Assembly: GCA_017544165.1 (NCBI GenBank)
Contig: JAFYER010000002.1
Coordinates: 5,228-69,227, forward strand
From: Bacilli bacterium
GTDB lineage: Bacteria > Bacillota_I > Bacilli_A > RF39 > UBA660
Direction: 5' to 3'
Length of the DNA stretch: 64,000 nt
Shown here: positions 19,898 through 28,411 of the stretch, one piece after another
How positions within the stretch are numbered: the first letter of the stretch is position 1
Layout: each line of letters opens with the position of its first letter
Position numbers and translations under genes: made by a program
The notes under the pieces: generated by a model
The model's input: only the letters and a program-made list of their open reading frames with translations
What the model was told of the DNA's origin: nothing
Database searches by the model: none

Positions 19898-20665
19898 CTA
19901 TTTTTTATCTTTTTTTAAACTGTCGCTAAATCCACGAATAGCATCTAAAACTTCCATTGGAATTGCAAAGAAAATTGTATTTGATTGGTCTGATGAAACA
20001 TCATTAATTGTTTCAAGAGTTCTCAAGTGAAGTGCTCCAGGATTTTCAGCAAGTTTTTGTGCAGCAATTGCTAAGTTTTCAGCAGCCTCAGCTTCTCCTT
20101 GAGATTTTGTGATAACAGCTTGTTTTTCTCTTTCAGCTTCAGCAGCACGAGCAATAACTCTTTTCATTTCATTTGTTAGGGAAATATCTTTTAATTCAAC
20201 GTTTTCAACTTTAATTCCCCATGGATCCGTTTCAGCATCAATAATATCTTTGATAGCGCCAGATACTTTTTCTCTTTCACTTAATAATTCATCAAGTGTT
20301 ACACTACCAACGATATTACGCATAGTTGTTTGAGCTAGTTGAGCTGTAGCATAGTAAAAATCTTCGACAGCAAGTACAGCAAGTGATGCATCAAATACTT
20401 TATAATAGATAACTGCATTAATCTTTACAGAAACGTTATCCTTTGTAATAGCTTCTTGTTCAGGAACGTCATCTACTTTTGTACGAACATCTACTTTCTT
20501 GTAGCTTTGGAAGATTGGGAAAACCAAACGCCATCCTGGTTCCATCATTTTTGAGTATTTACCTAAAGTAAATTTTACTCCTCTTTCATATTCATTGATT
20601 TGTTTCAATGATGGTAAGATAATAAAAACAACGATGAATACTATAAGTCCTAAAATAAATTCCAT
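19898..20665 (-). CDS. SPFH/band-7 (stomatin/prohibitin-like) membrane protein
   Basis: 255 aa. N-terminal TM, SPFH core, then an AEAEREKQA...EAEAA coiled-coil typical of the family. Confidence 0.8.
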   Translation of the reverse strand: MEFILGLIVFIVVFIILPSLKQINEYERGVKFTLGKYSKMMEPGWRLVFPIFQSYKKVDVRTKVDDVPEQEAITKDNVSVKINAVIYYKVFDASLAVLAVEDFYYATAQLAQTTMRNIVGSVTLDELLSEREKVSGAIKDIIDAETDPWGIKVENVELKDISLTNEMKRVIARAAEAEREKQAVITKSQGEAEAAENLAIAAQKLAENPGALHLRTLETINDVSSDQSNTIFFAIPMEVLDAIRGFSDSLKKDKK

Positions 20666-20739
20666 AATATCATCCTCCTTCTTTTTTTAGAATTTATCTA
20701 ATATAATTATATAACTTTTTAATGTTTTTTTATAGTATT

Positions 20740-21507
20740 TTATTTTATTTTTTGCTGTTTCAACCACAGACTCATAATCAATCTATGTGGTAGTAATTTA
20801 CCTATTACTCTTTGCAAGTTAGCATTAAAACCATAAATACTAATATCTTTTCCTTTTTTATAATCTTTCCATGCTTTTTTAACAACATCTTTGCTGTTAT
20901 ACATCGCAACATATTTTTTAATTACCTTATTTTCAGTTACAGCTCGATCAAAAAATTCTGTTTTAGTCCAAAATGGACATACTGCAAGAACTTTTATACC
21001 TTCATTTTTTAATTCAACATTTAATGACCTTGAAAAACTAAGTACATATGCTTTTGTAGCGGCATAAACATTTATGTAAGGAACTGGTTGAAAAGCTGCT
21101 ACTGAGGCAAAATTAATAATTTGAGAACCTCTTTGCATATAAGGAATACATGTTAAACACATATTAGTAAGGGCTTTTACATTCAAATCTATCATTCCCA
21201 TATTATCCTCGTTAGATATACTTGTTATTTTCTCAAACTTGCCATAACCACTTGCGTTGATTAAAAGTTTAATACTTGGTTTTTCTTTTTTTAATAAATC
21301 TCCTATTTTTTTAAAGCTTTCGTCAATACTAAGATCTAACGCAATAACTTTTAAAGGAATGTTAACCTCTTTTTGAAGTTCCTCGAGTCTTTCTTTGCGG
21401 CGAGCAATTACCCACATTTCATCAACACTAATATTATCTTGAACTGTTGTAGCGAATTCTTTACCCATTCCAGATGATGCTCCTGTTACTATTGCAATAT
21501 TTTTCAT
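20740..21507 (-). CDS. Short-chain dehydrogenase/reductase (SDR)
   Basis: TGASSGMG cofactor motif and YxxxK (YAATKAY). ATG at 21507 follows a GGTGA RBS. Confidence 0.8.
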   Translation of the reverse strand: MKNIAIVTGASSGMGKEFATTVQDNISVDEMWVIARRKERLEELQKEVNIPLKVIALDLSIDESFKKIGDLLKKEKPSIKLLINASGYGKFEKITSISNEDNMGMIDLNVKALTNMCLTCIPYMQRGSQIINFASVAAFQPVPYINVYAATKAYVLSFSRSLNVELKNEGIKVLAVCPFWTKTEFFDRAVTENKVIKKYVAMYNSKDVVKKAWKDYKKGKDISIYGFNANLQRVIGKLLPHRLIMSLWLKQQKIK

Positions 21508-21543
21508 TTCTATCACCTATTTAATTATAACAAAAAAAGCTAG

Positions 21544-23295
21544 TTATTTTCTAGCTTTTATGTCATCAATAATTTTTTGAGCAAACTCATCAAGACCCAT
21601 TTGATGGGTATCTTCCTCTGAATACATACGATAACTAACGTTTTTACTTTCAACCTCTTTTTGACCTAAAATTAGCGTATAAGGATTTTTATTAACAATA
21701 CTTTCTCTTACTTTATAGCCAAGTTTTTCGTTTCGATCATCAAGTTTAACTCTAATGCCAACACTTTCCAATTTATTAAATACCTCTTTAGAATAATCTA
21801 AATGATATTCATTATTGACAGGAATAATATCGACTTGAGTTGGTGAAAGCCATAAAGGTAATGCTCCTTTAGTCTCCTCAAGTAAAAAGGCAGTAAATCT
21901 ATCAAATGTTCCAAAAATTGCTCTATGAATAACAACAGGTATTTGTTTTTCACCATTTTGATCAATATAGAATAATTCAAATCTTCTTGGAAGAAGGAAA
22001 TCTAATTGACATGTTGATAGTGTTACTTCTGGACCAACAGCCGGTTTAACTTCTACATCAAGCTTAGGGCCATAAAATGCTGCTTCCCCTACTGCTTCAT
22101 AATATGGAACACCAAAATCATCAAGTACTTCACGAAGTTTATTTTCAGCCATATTCCACATTTCATCATCGTCAAAATATTTTTCTTTATCTTCTTTATC
22201 TCTTAAAGATAATCTAAAGCTATAATCCTTTAAACCGAAGTCTTTATAAACATCAAGGATTAATCTAACAACTTTTTTAAATTCTTCGCCAATTTGTTCT
22301 GGGGTTACAAATAAATGGGCATCATTTTGGCACATACAACGTACACGTTCTAGACCTTTGACAGCACCACTTGCTTCATAACGAAAGTCAGTTGCAAATT
22401 CTCCAATTCTTATAGGTAAATCGCGATATGAATGAAGCTCGTTTGCATAAACAAGCATATGATGAGGACAATTCATTGGTCTTAAAACAAATTCTTCTTC
22501 ATCAACTTTCATCATTGGAAACATATTTTCCTTATAATGATCCCAGTGACCTGATGTTTTATATAAATCAACAGTTCCAACACAAGGTGTATAAACATGT
22601 TGATAACCTAAAGCATGCTCTTTTTCATAAATATAATTTTCCAATTGTTTACGAATTAAAGCTCCATTAGGAAGCCAAAGTGGCATACCTTTTCCGACAA
22701 GATCATGTTGCATAAATATGCTTAAATCCTTGCCTATTTTACGATGATCTCTTTCTTTTGCTTCTTCGAGTTCCTTTAAATACTCATTTAAATCCTCTTC
22801 ATTTTCATAACATACGCCGTATATTCTTTGAAGCATTTTATTTTTGGAATCACCCTTCCAATATGCTCCACTAAATTTAATAAGTTTAAAATATTTTAGT
22901 TCCTTTACTGACTCAACATGTGGGCCACGGCAAAGATCAGTAAAATCACCTTGTGTATAACAACTAATAATTGTTCCTTCCTCAAAATTATTGATTAAAT
23001 CAATTTTATATGGATCGTTTTTAAAACGCTCTAAGGCTTCTTCTTTAGATATTTCCTCACGATAAATACGTTTACCGTCCTTAGAAATCTTCTTCATTTC
23101 TTTTTCGATTTTTTCTAAGTCTTCATCGGTAATTGTAATATCACCAAGGTCAATATCATAGTAAAAGCCTTCCTCGATAACTGGGCCTACCCAAAAAAGA
23201 GCATTTGGATATAAATGCTTAACTGCTTGAGCAAGCAAATGCGCGCAGCTATGATTCAATTTTGATAATCTTTCATCTTCTTTAATATTTTTCAT
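21544..23295 (-). CDS. thrS: Threonyl-tRNA synthetase lacking the N-terminal TGS domain
   Basis: Starts MKNIKEDERLSKLNHSCAHLLAQAV, so the editing-domain HxxxH motif lies about 15 aa from the N-terminus. Class II core and anticodon-binding domain are present. The ATG at 23295 follows ...GAGGGGAAGATAGA. The ORF-track extension to 23352 was rejected. Confidence 0.9.
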   Translation of the reverse strand: MKNIKEDERLSKLNHSCAHLLAQAVKHLYPNALFWVGPVIEEGFYYDIDLGDITITDEDLEKIEKEMKKISKDGKRIYREEISKEEALERFKNDPYKIDLINNFEEGTIISCYTQGDFTDLCRGPHVESVKELKYFKLIKFSGAYWKGDSKNKMLQRIYGVCYENEEDLNEYLKELEEAKERDHRKIGKDLSIFMQHDLVGKGMPLWLPNGALIRKQLENYIYEKEHALGYQHVYTPCVGTVDLYKTSGHWDHYKENMFPMMKVDEEEFVLRPMNCPHHMLVYANELHSYRDLPIRIGEFATDFRYEASGAVKGLERVRCMCQNDAHLFVTPEQIGEEFKKVVRLILDVYKDFGLKDYSFRLSLRDKEDKEKYFDDDEMWNMAENKLREVLDDFGVPYYEAVGEAAFYGPKLDVEVKPAVGPEVTLSTCQLDFLLPRRFELFYIDQNGEKQIPVVIHRAIFGTFDRFTAFLLEETKGALPLWLSPTQVDIIPVNNEYHLDYSKEVFNKLESVGIRVKLDDRNEKLGYKVRESIVNKNPYTLILGQKEVESKNVSYRMYSEEDTHQMGLDEFAQKIIDDIKARK

Positions 23296-23296
23296 T

Positions 23297-23503
23297 CTAT
23301 CTTCCCCTCTTTGCAATTCTTTCCGATACTTTCTCAGACCTATATGATTCAATTCTAAGTCTTATTGCTGTTGCCATTTCTCTTAAATTAGCAATCTCAT
23401 TAGCATATTTTTCAGGGTCAGTTTGAAGTAAACGTTGTAAATCAACACAAACAGTCTTCAATTGACCCTTTAATTTCAAAATAGCCAGATAATTATCTAT
23501 CAT
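23297..23503 (-). CDS. Helical mini-protein, paralog B (68 aa), unknown function
   Basis: MIDNYLAILKLKGQLK...TDPEK...SYRSEKVSERIAKRGR. RBS AAGGAAG is supplied by the last codons of the upstream paralog. Stop TAG lies 1 nt before the thrS ATG. Confidence 0.65.
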   Translation of the reverse strand: MIDNYLAILKLKGQLKTVCVDLQRLLQTDPEKYANEIANLREMATAIRLRIESYRSEKVSERIAKRGR

Positions 23504-23505
23504 TT

Positions 23506-23706
23506 TTATCTTCCTTTCTTCGTGAATTCTTCTGCTTTTTCTGTCTTATATAAAGCTATTTTATGCTTTATTTGTTTAGCTATATCATTTAAATAATCAA
23601 TTTCCTCTATTTTTTCAGGATGATCACGTTTTAATCGGTATAACCTAATATATACATCCTTTAATTTTTCCCTTAATTCTAGAATAACTGGATCTTTTTC
23701 TTTCAT
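23506..23706 (-). CDS. Helical mini-protein, paralog A (66 aa), unknown function
   Basis: AGGAGG RBS 5 nt before the ATG at 23706. MKEKDPVILELREKLK...DHPEK...LYKTEKAEEFTKKGR. First cistron after the T-box terminator. Confidence 0.7.
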   Translation of the reverse strand: MKEKDPVILELREKLKDVYIRLYRLKRDHPEKIEEIDYLNDIAKQIKHKIALYKTEKAEEFTKKGR

Positions 23707-23915
23707 TTTTCCTCCTATAAAAAAAGATGATACCAAAGGAGTCAATTAATGACGGTACCATCCTATTTTAACTTAATTATAATAACGGTTTTTAACCGGA
23801 ACTTATTAGTCCTCTCAAAAAGTAGTAATTATTAATTATTTTATTAGCTCACACCATCCGCTAACTCTCTTTTTAAAAAATATATTAATAATCATGTCTT
23901 TTCTCATTGATTTAC
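23707..23915 (-). promoter_or_regulatory. T-box leader (threonine specifier ACU) with terminator/antiterminator
   Basis: Minus strand: stem-I elements AGAGAG...GGAUGGUGUGAGC. Specifier-loop UACUACU (first ACU followed by A; + coords 23821-23826). T-box sequence AAUAGGAUGGUACCGUC (23751-23769). Terminator GAUGGUACC/GGUAUCAUC plus U7 (23719-23762). Confidence 0.85.
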
Positions 23916-23921
23916 AAACAT

Positions 23922-23949
23922 ATTATAACACTAATTTAAAATAATACAA
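23922..23949 (-). promoter_or_regulatory. Promoter of the T-box/thrS operon
   Basis: TTGTAT (23944-23949), 16 nt spacer, extended -10 TGTTATAAT (23922-23930). Confidence 0.6.
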
Positions 23950-23954
23950 TCTTT

Positions 23955-24461
23955 TTAGCTTACAGTTCCACAATCAACTTGTGAACTTGGAAAAATATAT
24001 TTATATTCAATATTCTTATTCTCTTCAACCAAATCAATCTTCAAGATATATAAAACCATATGTTTTTGACACCATCCACACATACTATGAACTTTATATG
24101 TTATGGTAATATTATCTTCAATACTAACATCCTCAATAGTTTTAGGTTTTGATTCACTACAAGGATTATAATCTTGAAACAAGAACAAAAAACTATTTGT
24201 TTTAAAATCTTCTTCACTTGCTTGGAATGTTACATTATACATTGAGATTAACTCTTTAAAATCATCATAAGAATTAACAATTTTGTCAGTGTAAGCAACA
24301 TTACTATCAACAACACCCAAATCAAATATGTTATTATTCTTTTCTTTTGTTAAAACAACAAAACATAAATAAATTATTCCAGCAACAAAAGCAATAATAA
24401 ATATTATTGTAAATATTTTTGTAGCAAATGAATTATGGGCTCTTACTCTACTCATATTCAC
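23955..24461 (-). CDS. Membrane-anchored hypothetical protein (168 aa)
   Basis: N-terminal TM helix (IFTIIFIIAFVAGIIYLCFVVL) and a Cys-containing extracytoplasmic domain. Confidence 0.5.
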   Translation of the reverse strand: MNMSRVRAHNSFATKIFTIIFIIAFVAGIIYLCFVVLTKEKNNNIFDLGVVDSNVAYTDKIVNSYDDFKELISMYNVTFQASEEDFKTNSFLFLFQDYNPCSESKPKTIEDVSIEDNITITYKVHSMCGWCQKHMVLYILKIDLVEENKNIEYKYIFPSSQVDCGTVS

Positions 24462-24522
24462 ATTTTATCATTTATTAAAAAAATATTAAAGAATAATTAT
24501 AATATTTACATTATTTAAACAT

Positions 24523-24545
24523 AAAAAAACCTAGTAAAGCCTAGG
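24523..24545 (-). terminator. Terminator after tRNA-Ala
   Basis: CCTAG/CTAGG hairpin followed by T7 on the minus strand. Confidence 0.6.
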
Positions 24546-24557
24546 TATAAATCATTT

Positions 24558-24634
24558 TGGTGGAGAATAAGGGATTCGAACCCTTGACCCCCTGCGTGCA
24601 GGGCAGGTGCTCTAGCCAGCTGAGCTAATTCCCC
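24558..24634 (-). tRNA. tRNA-Ala (anticodon UGC)
   Basis: GGGGAAT/ATTCTCC acceptor with G3:U70. Anticodon loop CCUGCAC, T-loop TTCGAAT, encoded CCA. Confidence 0.9.
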
Positions 24635-24684
24635 AATTGACTTAATTATCTTACCATATAATATCTAGATAATCAAGCAAAAAT

Positions 24685-24885
24685 CTATTTTTTTACGACA
24701 GTAACTAGGCCCCGATCAACTTCTTCAAGAGCACGACCTAATTCTTTTTTGTTATGATACTCCTCCTCTTTCATTTGAAAGTGGTTATGTTCTAGCATTT
24801 GCTTGCTGCGCTTAGAAATTACATGAACAAGCATATATTTAGAATCAACTTTGGTAAGTATCTTGTCGATTGATGGGTATAACAT
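24685..24885 (-). CDS. rpoZ: RNA polymerase omega subunit
   Basis: 66 aa. MLYPSIDKILTKVDSKYMLVHVISKRSKQM matches the RpoZ N-terminal signature. Confidence 0.85.
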   Translation of the reverse strand: MLYPSIDKILTKVDSKYMLVHVISKRSKQMLEHNHFQMKEEEYHNKKELGRALEEVDRGLVTVVKK

Positions 24886-24973
24886 TATTCATCCGCTCCT
24901 TACAATAATATAATACCCAATTATTTAAATAGTGTACATAGTTTGTTAATTGATTTTACATTATTTTACATTA

Positions 24974-25354
24974 TTATTTGTTATTTGTTAACACCTTAGA
25001 GGATATCTTCCCATCCTTGTTTGTAAGTCTAATTTTCAAATCATTTAAGGTTTTTACTTCGCTAGTAGGATCTTTTACATCGCCATTAGTATTATCAGCA
25101 TCAATTAAATCATTATCTACTAAATCTTGGACAGTTATGTATATAACGCTTTTTTCATCAAATAATTCCATATTTTTTTTGGCATATATATCTGACATTG
25201 ATTTTATTAAATTAATTTTCATTTCATACTTTTCTTGAGAATCATCATATTCAAAAGCATGGCTAATATTATTCGCAGTTACAAAATAAATGATTGTAAA
25301 AACAAATAATACGCCAAATAATGTATATAACATCGTATTCTTAGAATTCAACAC
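24974..25354 (-). CDS. Membrane-anchored hypothetical protein (126 aa)
   Basis: N-terminal TM helix. No catalytic motif. Confidence 0.5.
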   Translation of the reverse strand: MLNSKNTMLYTLFGVLFVFTIIYFVTANNISHAFEYDDSQEKYEMKINLIKSMSDIYAKKNMELFDEKSVIYITVQDLVDNDLIDADNTNGDVKDPTSEVKTLNDLKIRLTNKDGKISSKVLTNNK

Positions 25355-25403
25355 AATATCACATCCTCTTTATTATTATATCATATTTTTAAAAATATAA
25401 ATG

Positions 25404-25427
25404 AAAAAAAGCCTCATTTATGAGACT
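25404..25427 (-). terminator. Rho-independent terminator
   Basis: AGTCTCA-TAAA-TGAGGCT followed by T7 on the minus strand, directly after the stop. Confidence 0.7.
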
Positions 25428-25428
25428 T

Positions 25429-25695
25429 TTAACAGCATTTACGGTCAAATACATTTTCTACAACATTTTCCTCACAACAAGAATAAGTTGGAACAAAAGT
25501 ATGACGATAAACATGATGGTTAATTATTCTTGTATTGCATGGTTTAATATGAGGAACATCGTAGCAAATATAACGGTGACATACTCTTTCCTCTGGGCAT
25601 TCATAAACTGGGGTTGTACAACAATTATCTTGTTTAACGCATGTAGTGTTCATCCCATCAAAAAATTGGTTTTGACCATCGGATTCAAAATTCAT
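25429..25695 (-). CDS. Cys/His-rich small protein, CotD-like (spore coat protein D family)
   Basis: AAGGAGG RBS 7 nt upstream. 88 aa with ...INHHVYRHTFVPTYSCCEEN... and terminal CC, a pattern resembling Bacillus CotD. Confidence 0.55.
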   Translation of the reverse strand: MNFESDGQNQFFDGMNTTCVKQDNCCTTPVYECPEERVCHRYICYDVPHIKPCNTRIINHHVYRHTFVPTYSCCEENVVENVFDRKCC

Positions 25696-25783
25696 TAATA
25701 ATCCTCCTTTTGTTATATCCTATTCAAGGAACAAAAAAAATGATAGGCACATCGCATAAAAAAAGTAAACTTATTGGTCTACT

Positions 25784-26389
25784 TTATTTTTTATCTAATA
25801 ACTTCCTAGTATTAAAGTAATATTGGCAACCACTTACTACACTCAAAACTGTGGCGATTATAATACAAAATACAGAAAAATTGAAATGTATTAATTCAAA
25901 AGGCAAATTACCAAATAATAAGAATGTAACACCTGTCATCATAAACACAGTTTTAATTTTACCAGTCCAAGATGCTGCAACAACTTTGCCTTTATTACCT
26001 GAAACCATTTTGCAAGTATCTGTAATTATGTCTCTAGTAATAATAATTACAGGGATAACAACAGGTATTAAACGATCGTATGCAAGAATAATTAAGACAC
26101 CATTTACAAGAATTTTGTCAGCAATTGCATCAAGCATTTTTCCTAAATCAGTAACCATATTTAATTTTCTAGCTAAATGCCCATCTAAACGATCTGTTAA
26201 ACTTGCAACTAAGAATAAAACGCCAGCTATAATATATTTTAAACTGATTGGCGTATCAAGTGTTTTGCCAAAAAATGATGTAAATTCAGGAAACACAATA
26301 TTTAAAGCATGCCATGGTATGCATAGCATAATAAGAATAATAAACGATAAAACTATTCTTGAAACGGTAATTTTATTTGGTAAATTCAT
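25784..26389 (-). CDS. pgsA: CDP-diacylglycerol--glycerol-3-phosphate 3-phosphatidyltransferase
   Basis: 201 aa. CDP-alcohol phosphatidyltransferase motif DRLDGHLAR...GKMLDAIADK. Confidence 0.9.
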   Translation of the reverse strand: MNLPNKITVSRIVLSFIILIMLCIPWHALNIVFPEFTSFFGKTLDTPISLKYIIAGVLFLVASLTDRLDGHLARKLNMVTDLGKMLDAIADKILVNGVLIILAYDRLIPVVIPVIIITRDIITDTCKMVSGNKGKVVAASWTGKIKTVFMMTGVTFLLFGNLPFELIHFNFSVFCIIIATVLSVVSGCQYYFNTRKLLDKK

Positions 26390-26395
26390 ACTAAC

Positions 26396-26881
26396 CTACT
26401 TTCCATAACTAATAACTGTGGCATTTTTAGTATTAATTGTTATCTGTTTAACACTCCATATAACAGTAAGTATCAATAACATTACTAAAACGCAATATAT
26501 TAAAACGTAAATTCCATTTTTTACTTTTTTTTCTTTTTTGGTGTATGGTGAAACAATTCTGTTTTCTTCACTATCACTTTTCATATTTGTTTCAATTTGT
26601 TTTTCAATATCCTTAACAGGTATCTTTGAAGTGGCCTCAAAAACATATTCGTTAAATTCATCAATAATCTTTTCAGCATCCAAACCTAAATATTTTGCAT
26701 AGTTTGCAACATATTCTTTTAAGGTAAATACATCAGAAAATGCTCCAGATTTACCATCTTCAATGTTTTCCAGTATTGCTTCATCAATATCAAGATCTTC
26801 ACTAACCTCTTTTAACGAGACTCCAGCACTTTCTCTTGTACTTAAAAGCAAATTTCCAATCTCTTTCAAGAAAATACACAT
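26396..26881 (-). CDS. RodZ/YmfM-like HTH membrane protein
   Basis: N-terminal XRE-type HTH and C-terminal TM. Lies upstream of pgsA, as ymfM does in Bacillus. The true start may be the TTG at 26869 (MKEIGNLL...). Confidence 0.65.
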   Translation of the reverse strand: MCIFLKEIGNLLLSTRESAGVSLKEVSEDLDIDEAILENIEDGKSGAFSDVFTLKEYVANYAKYLGLDAEKIIDEFNEYVFEATSKIPVKDIEKQIETNMKSDSEENRIVSPYTKKEKKVKNGIYVLIYCVLVMLLILTVIWSVKQITINTKNATVISYGK

Positions 26882-26892
26882 CCTTAATAATA

Positions 26893-27240
26893 AATAATAT
26901 CTTATAAGCCATGTTCTGTACTTAATAAATAAGTGACAAACATTTATCTATACTATCGTATCCATCTGCAGGTTCATTTTCCCTTAGATAGTTCCCCTAC
27001 CAAAATTTGGGTTTCTCACTCGCGGGGTTTACCACGTTCCACCCCTTTTATTACTAAAAGGCTCGTCTCTTTGGCACTTTTATACCTACTTTATTCTCAA
27101 AAAGAATATTTCGGAGCCGTTAGCAAAAACTACCCTGAGTTATTTTTTTCTCAGGCGCGAACACTACACTCATCGCAGAGCGTGTGAGCATGGACTTTCC
27201 TCTACAACTAAAGAGTTGCAGCGTTTGTCTAGATATTATT
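26893..27240 (-). ncRNA. rnpB: RNase P RNA
   Basis: Minus strand contains GAGGAAAGUCCAUGCUCAC (CR-I; + coords 27184-27202), GGUAAACCCC...GAGAAACCCAAAUUUUGGUAGGGGAA and ACAGAACAUGGCUUA (CR-V). P1 forms between AAUAAUAUCU (27231-27240) and AGAUAUUAUU (26893-26902). It sits next to gpsB, as in B. subtilis. Confidence 0.9.
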
Positions 27241-27577
27241 CATTTTTACCATAAACTACTTTTTCTAATTGACTAATTCTTCTTAGAAGGTCAATATTAG
27301 TAACCGAACGTTGATTAACACTTTCACTTTCAGCGCTATCAAGCTCCGCCTTTAAACGGCGAATTTCGCCCTTAAGTGCAAGATTATCATCAGTTAGATT
27401 TTTAATTTGGTTCTCTAAATCTTTAATGATATTATTGTACTCAGTATAGTCTCTAATAACCATATCTAAATATTTATCCACCTCTTGGGGACGATATCCC
27501 CTTGCATCAATTTTAAAGTCATGTTCCAAAATCTCTTGAGGTGTTAAATAAATCTTATCATTATACATTTTATGCAC
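27236..27577 (-). CDS. gpsB: Cell-cycle protein GpsB (DivIVA-domain)
   Basis: 113 aa. ILEHDFKIDARGYRPQEVDKYLDMV DivIVA N-terminal domain followed by a coiled coil. Confidence 0.85.
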   Translation of the reverse strand: MHKMYNDKIYLTPQEILEHDFKIDARGYRPQEVDKYLDMVIRDYTEYNNIIKDLENQIKNLTDDNLALKGEIRRLKAELDSAESESVNQRSVTNIDLLRRISQLEKVVYGKNE

Positions 27578-27591
27578 CTTCTAACAAAGAG

Positions 27592-27621
27592 ATTATAACA
27601 AAAAACGTCATTCTTTGTCAA
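27592..27621 (-). promoter_or_regulatory. gpsB promoter
   Basis: TTGACA (27616-27621), 18 nt spacer, TATAAT with upstream TG (27592-27600). Confidence 0.6.
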
Positions 27622-27847
27622 TACTCGGGGCCTCCCCCGCATATAGATTTAAAATACTAAAATCAACGTCCAATAACATCTTATTAAGAATAAAATCGAT
27701 ATCCATTTGATCACCGACTTTAATGATAATTAGGAAAAAGTAATTTTTCAAGCATTTCGACAAACATAGTCAAAACCTTTAATTCTTTATTATATTTATT
27801 ATTAACAAAAAGTATATTTTTTGGTATAATTTATAAAGGTGGTTTGG

Positions 27848-28411
27848 ATGAATTATCCTGGCAATATAAAAAAAAATTACACCAAAAATACTAATTATGG
27901 CAATCGTGGAATGTTTTTAGAAGGTTTAATTAACCAAGCTAATGAACAATACTTAGAAAAAGATATTGCCATAATCTATAAAAAGCCAACACCTATTCAA
28001 GTAGTTAAATATGATTATGATTCTAAACGGATTAAAGATGCATATTATATGTCAGAATCAACGTTAGATTACAATGGTATTTATAATGGTTATTATATTG
28101 AATTTGATGCCAAAAGTACTAATACAAATAATTTACCAATTGCAAATATAGCTAATCATCAATTAAATCACCTAGAAAAGATAATGAATCATAAGGGAAT
28201 AGCCTTTTTAATTATTATGATTAATGAAGAAGCTTATTTGCTGCCAGGAAAAGAAGTACTTAGTTTTATAAATAGTAATCAAAGAAAAAGCATTCCATAC
28301 AGCTATATAAAAGAAAATGGTTATAAATTAAAAATAGACTATTTAAAAGGGATTGATTACATACCAGCAGTAGATTTATTAATAAAGGAGATGTGTGATG
28401 AAAAAAATTAA
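27848..28411 (+). CDS. recU: Holliday junction resolvase RecU
   Basis: NRGMFLEGLIN and YKKPTPIQVV motifs. ATG at 27848 follows AAAGGTGG. Extended -10 TGGTATAAT at 27822-27830. Confidence 0.9.
   Translation: MNYPGNIKKNYTKNTNYGNRGMFLEGLINQANEQYLEKDIAIIYKKPTPIQVVKYDYDSKRIKDAYYMSESTLDYNGIYNGYYIEFDAKSTNTNNLPIANIANHQLNHLEKIMNHKGIAFLIIMINEEAYLLPGKEVLSFINSNQRKSIPYSYIKENGYKLKIDYLKGIDYIPAVDLLIKEMCDEKN

Noticed and set aside
25420-25698. 92-aa plus-strand ORF antisense to the CotD-like gene
   Set aside because: The minus-strand ORF has an AAGGAGG RBS, a terminator and a recognisable Cys/His pattern. The plus-strand ORF has none of these.
25851-26408. 185-aa plus-strand ORF
   Set aside because: It is antisense to pgsA, which carries the CDP-alcohol phosphatidyltransferase motif. 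This is a typical shadow ORF of AT-rich DNA.
26933-27187. 84-aa plus-strand ORF in the ORF track
   Set aside because: It lies entirely inside the RNase P RNA gene on the opposite strand. It has no RBS, and the sequence is explained by conserved rnpB blocks.
27640-27740. 32-aa minus-strand ORF (MDIDFILNKMLL...) in the gpsB-recU intergenic region
   Set aside because: It has no convincing RBS, lies upstream of the gpsB promoter, and could easily arise by chance.
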